From: a virus | Virus record (IMG/VR): IMGVR_UViG_3300046727_000675 | Coordinates: 1 to 64,000 of that record | DNA: 64,000 nt | Strand: one strand, 5' to 3' | In this document: piece by piece, positions 26,279-33,888 of the stretch | Position numbering within the stretch: position 1 is the first letter of the stretch | How the letters are laid out: every line of letters starts with the position of its first letter | The notes under the pieces: generated by a model | What the model was told of the DNA's origin: nothing | Seen by the model: only the letters and a program-made list of their open reading frames with translations | Database searches by the model: none | Made by a program: the position numbers and the translations under genes

Positions 26279-27001
26279 ATGAACGCAGAACCGATCTTCA
26301 CCGACGACCGAGGGAGGCCGATCAAGGAACCTCGCAAGACGCTGCGGGCGAAATTCAGCGGGCTGAATCCAACGCAGAAGGCGTTCGTCGGAATGGTGAT
26401 CTTGTTCCTCACCGCGCCGATTCTGATGGCGGCGGTGACGCAGATCGACCTGTCCACGCAGGCCAAGGGGACGCTGGCGACCAGCAACGGAGGCACGGGC
26501 ACCACGTCGACGCTCTCGGGCGTCGTGCGCGGCGGCAGCGCGTATACCGCGGCCGAGCTCTCGGGCGACGCCACCACCTCCGGGTCCAACGCCGTGACCG
26601 TGGTGAAGGTGAACGGAACGACCGTCCCGACCAACGCGGCCGCCGACCAGGTCATCCGCACCACCTCCTCCGGCGTCGCGACCTGGGGAACCCTCGCCGA
26701 CACCTCCGCGGGCGGGCTGGCCGAGACGTACAACACCTCCACCCACGCGTTCGGCACCATCTCGGTCTTGTCGGGGTCGTTCGCGGACAATGAGACTCCG
26801 TCCGGCACGATCGACGGGTCCAACACCGTGTTCACGCTGGCGCACACGCCCAGCCCGGCCGCGTCGCTCACTTGCATGAAGAACGGCCAGTGGCAGATCG
26901 CGGGCGGCGCGGACTTCACGCTCGCCACCGCGACGATCACCTACACGGCGGGCGGCAAGCCGCTGACGGGCGACGCGATCCGCTGCAATTACCGGTTCTA
27001 G
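26279..27001 (+). CDS. Thr/Gly-rich fibre/decoration-like protein with a hydrophobic N-terminal segment
   Basis: 'NGGTG', 'LSGDATTSG', 'ETPSGTIDGSNTVFTLAHTP' motifs typical of virion proteins. Confidence 0.65.
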   Translation: MNAEPIFTDDRGRPIKEPRKTLRAKFSGLNPTQKAFVGMVILFLTAPILMAAVTQIDLSTQAKGTLATSNGGTGTTSTLSGVVRGGSAYTAAELSGDATTSGSNAVTVVKVNGTTVPTNAAADQVIRTTSSGVATWGTLADTSAGGLAETYNTSTHAFGTISVLSGSFADNETPSGTIDGSNTVFTLAHTPSPAASLTCMKNGQWQIAGGADFTLATATITYTAGGKPLTGDAIRCNYRF

Positions 27002-27013
27002 CGATTTCGAGCG

Positions 27014-28048
27014 ATGAAGAAGACACCCAAACTCGTCCTATACCTGACGTCGATCCTGACGCTGGTGTTCTGCGCCGCCGCGACCACGCTGATCGACGCG
27101 GCGCACCAGCTGACGGGGACCGTCGGCGTCGCCAACGGCGGCACCGGCCTCGCCACGCTCACGGCGAACCAAATCTACAAGGGCAACGGCACCTCGGCGA
27201 TCGCGGTCACGACGTGCGACGACGGCGGGACCACGGCGAACACGCTGACCTGCACGGACACGGCGGGGATAGTCGCGCCCTCGTTCGCCCCGTCGGGAAC
27301 CACGGCGACGTTCATGGACTTCGCGCAGGGATCGGATTCCTCCGCGGCGGCGCTGTGCGCGACGGCGAACAGCATCTGCTTCCAAGGTCCGACGAGCGTC
27401 ACGAAGCAGCTTCGCACGTGGGCGGGCACCCCGGCGACGGGGATCGAGCATTGGACGAACACGAGCGGCTCGATGCCTGAGACCATCAGCGCCGTGGACC
27501 TGGCCAGCGCCGACGTGACAGGGATACTCCCCGCGGCCAACGGGGGCGTGGGCACCCAGCTTACGATGTCGACGATCCCGTTCTACGCCCAGTCCAGCAC
27601 GCAGGCTTACTCTTCGCTGACCACCCGGGAGGCCTACTACTTCGAGGTCACCAAGCCGATCACCGTCAACAAGATGTACTGGTGGATCTCGACGAATACC
27701 ACGACGGGCACGGTCAAGAACTGCGTCTACACCGCGAACGGGGCGACGAAGGTCATCGACGTCACCACGACGCCGACCGGAAGCACGGGGGTGCAGACCG
27801 CGACCGTGTCCGCGGTCTTATTGAACCCCGGCGGATATTACATGGTCCTCGGGTGCGCTACCACCTGCAGCCACACGGCGGTGGCCGCGCCGGTCGAGGC
27901 GACGAGCACGATGTACGGCGCGGGCACGCCGGCCGGGAAGACGGTTTGGCACGGGACGGTCAGCCACACTAGCGGGACGTGCAACACCACGCTGGGCACG
28001 GTAACGGGCGCCGTCGACAAGACGATAGGATTCAGACTGGACAACTGA
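27014..28048 (+). CDS. Thr-rich fibre-like protein with a signal-peptide-like N-terminus
   Basis: MKK plus hydrophobic stretch; 'VANGGTG', 'VTGILPAANGG'. Confidence 0.65.
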   Translation: MKKTPKLVLYLTSILTLVFCAAATTLIDAAHQLTGTVGVANGGTGLATLTANQIYKGNGTSAIAVTTCDDGGTTANTLTCTDTAGIVAPSFAPSGTTATFMDFAQGSDSSAAALCATANSICFQGPTSVTKQLRTWAGTPATGIEHWTNTSGSMPETISAVDLASADVTGILPAANGGVGTQLTMSTIPFYAQSSTQAYSSLTTREAYYFEVTKPITVNKMYWWISTNTTTGTVKNCVYTANGATKVIDVTTTPTGSTGVQTATVSAVLLNPGGYYMVLGCATTCSHTAVAAPVEATSTMYGAGTPAGKTVWHGTVSHTSGTCNTTLGTVTGAVDKTIGFRLDN

Positions 28049-28049
28049 G

Positions 28050-28796
28050 ATGAGAGAACTTCTAGCGATTGTCATGTGCCTCGCCGCGGTTCTTCCGCAG
28101 GGCATCGGCGGCAAGGCCGGCGGGATGGGCGGCAAGGCCGGCGGCGTCGGGGGCGGAAGCAACTGGCACGTCGTCAATTACTGCGACAACATCGGCGGGG
28201 TCGTCGGGACCTGCACGGTCGGGACCTGCACCACCAGCACGTGCACCTTGACCGTCGCGGCGATCAAAGCCGGGGACCTGGTCTTCACGGCGCTGGTGAG
28301 CGGCGTCGTGAGCAACACGATTTCGACCGACGTGATTTCGGGGGAGAGCTTCTCGAACTGCGCGGCGGGGTTCCAGGTCAGCCTGGCCGGAACCGGAAGC
28401 AACGACTGCCGCTACGTCCTCGCGGCGGCGGGCGGGGGAACGTCCGTGACGATGACGCCGACCACGACCGGCGGCGGCGGAAACGTCTACGCGATCGTCG
28501 AGGTCGGCCCGGTCGTCGGCCATGTCCCCTCCGTCGACGGCTCCCCGGTGAGCACGACGAACGCGTCGTGCTCGTCGTGCGTCACGGCCACGTTCACGCC
28601 CTCGGCGAACGACGTCGTGTTCCAGGTGATCGGGTCCAGCCAGACCCCGACGGCGATCTCCGGGGCATATCTGAATCCGGACGGCGTCACCGGCAGCATC
28701 ATGGGGATCGGCGCGAACCTGACGGCGGCGCAGGCGCCGACCTGGACGGTGTCTCCCTCGGGAGGCGCCGTCATGTCAACGATAGGATTCAAATGA
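28050..28796 (+). CDS. Cys/Thr/Gly-rich beta protein with a signal-peptide-like N-terminus
   Basis: MRELLAIVMCLAAVLP; GGKAGG repeat. Confidence 0.6.
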   Translation: MRELLAIVMCLAAVLPQGIGGKAGGMGGKAGGVGGGSNWHVVNYCDNIGGVVGTCTVGTCTTSTCTLTVAAIKAGDLVFTALVSGVVSNTISTDVISGESFSNCAAGFQVSLAGTGSNDCRYVLAAAGGGTSVTMTPTTTGGGGNVYAIVEVGPVVGHVPSVDGSPVSTTNASCSSCVTATFTPSANDVVFQVIGSSQTPTAISGAYLNPDGVTGSIMGIGANLTAAQAPTWTVSPSGGAVMSTIGFK

Positions 28797-29164
28797 GCGG
28801 GCGGTCCAAGTACTCTTGGTGGAGGTCGAAAGTGCGGCAGCGCGCCCGGCTTCGCAAGCGCGAAGTCCAGCTGGACGCCGAAATTTTTAAGCTCTGCATG
28901 GAGATCCAGAGCGAATTGTTCGGCGCGGCGGTGTCTCTCCTGAGCCCCGCCGAGTTCAGGGTCTACGAGCTGGTCCGCGTCGGCCGCGCGAACAAGGAGA
29001 TCGGCAGCGCCCTGAACATCTCGGAGCGCACCGTAAAGTTCCACGTCTCCGCCATGCTGGCCAAGTTCGGGGTGGCCAAACGCCAAGAGCTGCAGAGGAA
29101 CGAGATAGTCTCGATCTCGTCGATGGAAAACGTGGTTCCGATTCAGGGGAAAAAAGCAGGCTAA
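28793..29164 (+). CDS. LuxR/GerE HTH regulator
   Basis: 'LSPAEFRVYELVRVGRANKEIGSALNISERTVKFHVSAMLAKFGV'. Confidence 0.88.
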   Translation: MSGRSKYSWWRSKVRQRARLRKREVQLDAEIFKLCMEIQSELFGAAVSLLSPAEFRVYELVRVGRANKEIGSALNISERTVKFHVSAMLAKFGVAKRQELQRNEIVSISSMENVVPIQGKKAG

Positions 29165-29186
29165 ATCGAAGTCCAAGGAGAAAAAC

Positions 29187-29726
29187 ATGAAGACAACGTT
29201 GAAGATTTGCATCGCACTGGTTCTTGTGGCCTGCGCGACGGCGGCGCAGGCCGCCCCGAGGCTGACGGGGCTTCCGCTCGCGCGAAGGGAAGCGCTCGCC
29301 GTCCCGAGCTTGAAGGGCGTCGTGCCGGTCGCAGCCGAACGGCCGGTTCTGAGCCTGAAAACGGCGGAACCTCCGGCCGGCGCGTGCCCCGGCTCCGCCG
29401 TGCACTGCGTCATCTCGACGTGGACGGCCTCGAGCGACGGCGCGGCGAACCCGACGCTCGCCTACAACTTCTACCTCTGGCCGGTAGGCGGAACGGCGCC
29501 GGTCTGCACGGCGACGGGTCCGTGCACGGGCGCCGCGCCCGTGAACGCGGCCCCGGTCGCCGCGGGGTGCTCGGCCGCGTGCGGGTTCACGGATACGGCG
29601 GTCGTTCCGGGCAAGTTCAACGCCGCGGTGACGGCGATCCTCAACGGCGTCGAGTCTTTTCTCTCGAACGTGATCTTCGTCACGATCGCCCCAGCGGCCC
29701 CGGTGCTGAGCGGATCGGGGCAGTAG
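29187..29726 (+). CDS. Secreted Fn3-like protein
   Basis: Sec signal ending AQA; 'TWTAS...YNFY...FTDT...VTAILNGVES..SN'. Confidence 0.7.
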   Translation: MKTTLKICIALVLVACATAAQAAPRLTGLPLARREALAVPSLKGVVPVAAERPVLSLKTAEPPAGACPGSAVHCVISTWTASSDGAANPTLAYNFYLWPVGGTAPVCTATGPCTGAAPVNAAPVAAGCSAACGFTDTAVVPGKFNAAVTAILNGVESFLSNVIFVTIAPAAPVLSGSGQ

Positions 29727-29727
29727 C

Positions 29728-30147
29728 GTGGATCCCCGCGGCGAGCGGTACGTGGACAGGCATCCGGAGGCGGAGCACTCGCCGGACGTCGCGGCCGTGA
29801 TGCTCCGCGGCGAGCCGCGCTGGAACGTCATCGTCTTTCTGTTCGTCGTCCTGGCGGCCGCGATCGCGCTGGCCGCCTTCGGGTGCGGGAACCAGCCGCC
29901 GCCGGTCGTGACGGTCCACGGCGCGAGCCTGACGTGGACCGACGCCGACGCGGCGAGCGTGAGCGGCTACAACGTCTACCGCAGCGCGGCGAGTGGCGGG
30001 CCTTATTCGCTGCTGGGCTCGACCTCCGCGCTGAAGTACCTGGACGCGTCCGCTCCGGCGGGGTCGACGTTCTTCTACATCGTGACATCGGTCGAGGCGG
30101 GCGCGGAGAGCGCGCGCTCGAACGAGGTCAGCGTGACGGTACCATAG
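29728..30147 (+). CDS. Probable lipoprotein with Fn3 domain
   Basis: Hydrophobic stretch and AFGC lipobox-like motif; 'SLTWT...GYNVYRS...YIVTSVEAGAESARSNEV'. Confidence 0.7.
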   Translation: MDPRGERYVDRHPEAEHSPDVAAVMLRGEPRWNVIVFLFVVLAAAIALAAFGCGNQPPPVVTVHGASLTWTDADAASVSGYNVYRSAASGGPYSLLGSTSALKYLDASAPAGSTFFYIVTSVEAGAESARSNEVSVTVP

Positions 30148-30157
30148 GAGAAAAAGC

Positions 30158-31282
30158 GTGACGCCGATCCTAGACCAGTTCACCGGGGACGGAACCACCC
30201 AGATCTTCGCGCTGACGCGCGCGCCCCGCCCCGGCGCGCCCGTGCTCGTGTGGTGGAACGGCCTCCTGCAGTCGACGCCGGCCGACTACGTCGTCGCGGG
30301 GCAGGCCGTCGCGCTGACGCTGGTCCCCGCGCTCGGCGACCCGGTGCAGGTCGAGTACTACCCGGCCGTCACGGCGTCGGGCACGTTCGCCGCGCCGGTC
30401 GATCTCACGAGCCTCGACGCGGTGAAGCAGCGCGCCGAGCTCGACCCGAAGAAGGCCTACGACGACGACGTGGAGATCCAGGCCGCGATCACGGGGTTCA
30501 GCCGGTACGTGCTGAACAAGTCCGGCGTCGCGACCCTGAACTCGGTCGCGTCGCTGCTCGAGACCTACGACGGGAACGGCAACGAGCGGCTGTTCCTGCG
30601 CTCGCGGCCGATCCTGACCCTCTCGCCCGTCACCGTCAGCGGCGTCACGATCCCCGTGTCCACGGGCTTCGGGGTCTGGGGCGTGTTCGTCGAGGACTCG
30701 AAGAAGTCGATCGCGATGCGCTCCGGGCCGGCCGGCGGCACGCGGTTCCAGGGCGGCTGGGTCGCGCCCGGGGCCTATGGCGGGTGGGGCGGGAAGGTGC
30801 GCGGCCCGAACTTCCTGCTCGGGACCGGCAACGTCCAGGTGCCTTACACGGCGGGATACCCGCCGCAGCCCGTCGAGAACGAGCCGCAGACGGTCGCGGA
30901 CCAGACGATCGTCCTCGCCGAGTCTCCGTGGGTCGCGGATGGCGGAGTGGTCTACGCGTCGAACCTCGTCCCGCTCGCCGCGGTGGCGGGCTCTCCCGCC
31001 GCGGGCCAGTACGTCGTGGCGGACGGGCTCTACGCGTTCAACGCCGCGGACAACGGGCAGAAGATCTTCGTCTCCTACTCGGTGGCGCGCGCGCCGGAGG
31101 ACCTCGAGTACGCGGCGCGCTGCGCGTGCGCGATCAACTACAAGCGCAAGAGCTGGCAGGATCAGGCGAGCCGCACCGTGTCGAGCGCGGGGAGCTCCGC
31201 GACGACGCGGTACCGCGACTGGGAGTGGCCGCCCGAGGTCCAGTGCGTGATCGACTACTACATCCGGAGGAGCGTCACGTGA
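30158..31282 (+). CDS. Head-tail adaptor (gp15/gp6-like) with accessory domains
   Basis: 'DLTSLDAVK', 'ETYDGNG...LFLRSRPI', 'NVQVPYTAGY', 'PEDLEYAA'. Confidence 0.75.
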   Translation: MTPILDQFTGDGTTQIFALTRAPRPGAPVLVWWNGLLQSTPADYVVAGQAVALTLVPALGDPVQVEYYPAVTASGTFAAPVDLTSLDAVKQRAELDPKKAYDDDVEIQAAITGFSRYVLNKSGVATLNSVASLLETYDGNGNERLFLRSRPILTLSPVTVSGVTIPVSTGFGVWGVFVEDSKKSIAMRSGPAGGTRFQGGWVAPGAYGGWGGKVRGPNFLLGTGNVQVPYTAGYPPQPVENEPQTVADQTIVLAESPWVADGGVVYASNLVPLAAVAGSPAAGQYVVADGLYAFNAADNGQKIFVSYSVARAPEDLEYAARCACAINYKRKSWQDQASRTVSSAGSSATTRYRDWEWPPEVQCVIDYYIRRSVT

Positions 31283-31869
31283 TCCAGCTTTCGTTCAACG
31301 GCACGGACAAGCGCGTGGAGCTGGCGATCCGGGAGAAGGGGCCGGCGGTGCGCGCGGAGCTCAATGCCGAGATGGGGCGCATGATGCTCGAGCTCCTGCG
31401 CCGCGTGCAACAGAAGCTGTCGGGCGAGGTGCTACACGTGAGGAGCGGGAAGCTCCTCGGATCGGCCCACGTCGAGCCGACCGTGTCCACCGCGACGTCG
31501 ATCGTCGGCCGCGTCACGGCGGCCGCCGGGCCGGCGTTCTACGGGAAGTTCCACGAGAACGGCGGCACGCGCTGGTACGACATCGTGCCGGTGAACAAGA
31601 AGGCGCTGGCGTTCTTCCCGGGCGGGTCGTTCGGCGCGGGGTTCGGGCAGACCGGGATCCGCCAGCTGCGCTTCGTGCAGGGGAAGAACCGCGGCTCGCT
31701 GCGGCCGGGGCAGTACGACGCGTTCGCGAAGGCCGGCGGGATCGTGGTGATGAAGGTGCACCACCCGCCGCTGCCGGTGCGGAGCTTCATGCGCTCGTCG
31801 CTCGCCGAGCTGCGGGACAGGATCACGCGGCAGCTGCACGCGGCCGCCGCGCGCGGGGTGAGGAGCTAG
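31279..31869 (+). CDS. Neck/tail completion protein (HK97 gp10-like)
   Basis: 'VRSGKLLGS', 'YGKFHENG', 'PVRSFMRSSL'; synteny. Confidence 0.7.
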   Translation: MIQLSFNGTDKRVELAIREKGPAVRAELNAEMGRMMLELLRRVQQKLSGEVLHVRSGKLLGSAHVEPTVSTATSIVGRVTAAAGPAFYGKFHENGGTRWYDIVPVNKKALAFFPGGSFGAGFGQTGIRQLRFVQGKNRGSLRPGQYDAFAKAGGIVVMKVHHPPLPVRSFMRSSLAELRDRITRQLHAAAARGVRS

Positions 31870-32370
31870 ATGCCGGCGATCGTGAAATACGACGACCCGA
31901 CGTACCTGGAGGCCGTGTACGCGGCGCTGTTCGCGAAGCTGCAGACGGCGGCGCTCCCGGCGGGGTTCCAGTTCCAGTCGGCGCTGCGCGTCAGCGTCTG
32001 CCCTGACGAGGTCCCCGCGGCGGAGCAGCCCGCGCTGCGGCTCGCGCCGGGTCCGCTGCACGTCGAGCAGAAGAGCGTGATGGGGCCGACGAAGTGGGTG
32101 TTCACGGCGATGGCGGTCGTCTACATCCGCGCCGACGGCGCGGCCGCGGCGACGGGGCAGCAGAACCCGCTGCCGGCGACGATCGTCAACTACTTCGTCT
32201 GGGCGCTGACCCAGGCGCTGGCCGGCGGCGACGCCTACAACGCGACGAAGCAGACGCTGGGCGGGCTCGTCGAGAACTGCTGGGCCGAGGGGGAGATCAC
32301 TCCGGAGACCGAGGGCGAGCAGATCGTGTTCGGGGTGCCGATCCTGATGCTGCCGGGGCCGGTGGCGTGA
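31870..32370 (+). CDS. Probable tail terminator
   Basis: Synteny; 'QTLGGLVENC'. Confidence 0.6.
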   Translation: MPAIVKYDDPTYLEAVYAALFAKLQTAALPAGFQFQSALRVSVCPDEVPAAEQPALRLAPGPLHVEQKSVMGPTKWVFTAMAVVYIRADGAAAATGQQNPLPATIVNYFVWALTQALAGGDAYNATKQTLGGLVENCWAEGEITPETEGEQIVFGVPILMLPGPVA

Positions 32371-32408
32371 GAGTTTATCGGATGTTAATGTTTTAGGAGG
32401 TTTACTCA

Positions 32409-33170
32409 GTGAATATACAATTCGGTAGCGGGGTTCTCTACGGAAAGCCGTCGGCGGGAAACTTGCCGGCGAACCCGACTCCCTTCAAGTTCGGCGTGCT
32501 GCAGGAGTGCAACGTCGACTTCAAGGGCGACCTGAAGAAGCTCTTCGGGCAGTACCAGCTCCCCGTGGCGACCGCGCGCGGGAAGCTCGAGGTCAACATC
32601 AAGGGGAAGCTCGCCGTGTTCGACATCGGCATGCTGAACCAGGTCTACTTCGCGCAGACCCAGACCCCGGGCTACAACAAGGTCTCGGACGGCGGCATCG
32701 GCGCGGCGCAGGCCGTGAACGCCACGACGAACACGGCGACCGTGTCCAACACCCCGATCGTCGAGGACTGGGGCGTGCAGGACGGCGTGACCGGGCAGAA
32801 CCTGGTCTACTCGGGCGGCGGCGCGCCGGCGGCCGGGCAGTACAACGTCAACCTGACGAGCGGCGTGTACACGTTCAACAGCGGCGACGGCCGCACCTCG
32901 GTGCGCATCAGCTACACCTACGCGTCGAACGTGACGGGGCAGGTGACGGTGTCCCTGGCCAACCAGCTGATGGGGTACGCCCCGGAGCTGTCGATGCTGC
33001 TCTACGACAACTTCCGGTCGAAGTACCTGGCGCTGGAGCTCAACGACGTGACGCTCGGCTCGATCTCGATGCCGACGAAGCTCGAGGACTTCTGGATCTC
33101 GGACTTCGACGGCTCGGCGAACGCGGACGCGTCGAACAACCTCGGCAAGCTGATGGCCGACCTCGCCTAG
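32409..33170 (+). CDS. Major tail tube protein
   Basis: AGGAGG RBS, biased codons, position before the chaperone and tape measure genes. Confidence 0.75.
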   Translation: MNIQFGSGVLYGKPSAGNLPANPTPFKFGVLQECNVDFKGDLKKLFGQYQLPVATARGKLEVNIKGKLAVFDIGMLNQVYFAQTQTPGYNKVSDGGIGAAQAVNATTNTATVSNTPIVEDWGVQDGVTGQNLVYSGGGAPAAGQYNVNLTSGVYTFNSGDGRTSVRISYTYASNVTGQVTVSLANQLMGYAPELSMLLYDNFRSKYLALELNDVTLGSISMPTKLEDFWISDFDGSANADASNNLGKLMADLA

Positions 33171-33243
33171 CCTGGCGAGGAGCGGCAATTGAGAGGGCGG
33201 GGGCGGCAGGACCGGCCCCCGCGCCCCTCGGAAAAGGAAGACC

Positions 33244-33582
33244 ATGGAAGAGCGGGTCAAGTACGACGGGGAAAGAATCAAGCTGGGCGACCGCGAGTTC
33301 GTCATCCCGTGCCTGACAGTGAAGCAGGCCAAGAGGATGTGGACGCAGATCACGGAGCTCGACAAGGGGATCACCGAGCAGAACCTGCCGGAGAAGTACT
33401 CGTCAGCGGTCGAGGTCATCCACGCGGCGCTCTCGCGCAACTACCCGGACTTGAAGGTGGACGAGCTCGAGGAGCTGCTCGACGTGAGGAACCTGCGGGC
33501 GGCGATGCTCGCCGTGATGGGGCGATCGGGGCTCAAGCCGCGCCCGGGGGACGAGCCGGCGGCGGGACCCACCGCGTCCTGA
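33244..33582 (+). CDS. Tail assembly chaperone (gpG-like)
   Basis: Position between tube and tape measure genes; acidic. Confidence 0.75.
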   Translation: MEERVKYDGERIKLGDREFVIPCLTVKQAKRMWTQITELDKGITEQNLPEKYSSAVEVIHAALSRNYPDLKVDELEELLDVRNLRAAMLAVMGRSGLKPRPGDEPAAGPTAS

Positions 33583-33881
33583 GCTGGGCCCGGCTGTACG
33601 GGCTCATCATCACCGCCACCGGCTGGACGTTCGAGTACGTGGACGACATCGACCTGCCCCGCGCGCTGGAGCTTGCCGGGTTCGCCGGGGAGGAGTCAAG
33701 GGCGGTCCGCGGGGAGTTTCGCGGCGACGCGGCCGAGAGTCCGCGGAGCGAGATCGACCCGGCGGCCGTCTCGAAGCTCTCGACGATGCCGGGGCTGGGC
33801 GGCATGCACCAGCTGACCGACGCGGCGCGCGAGGCGATCGCGTGGGCCGAGCGGATGAAGGAGAAGCACAAGATCTCGTAG
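33546..33881 (+). CDS. Tail assembly chaperone frameshift extension (gpT-like, -1 frame)
   Basis: -1 frame ORF 'LSWARLYGLIITATGWTFEYVDD' with no evident start of its own; G-run at 33546-33550. Confidence 0.6.
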   Translation, partial: GGRAGGGTHRVLSWARLYGLIITATGWTFEYVDDIDLPRALELAGFAGEESRAVRGEFRGDAAESPRSEIDPAAVSKLSTMPGLGGMHQLTDAAREAIAWAERMKEKHKIS

Positions 33882-33888
33882 AGACCCT

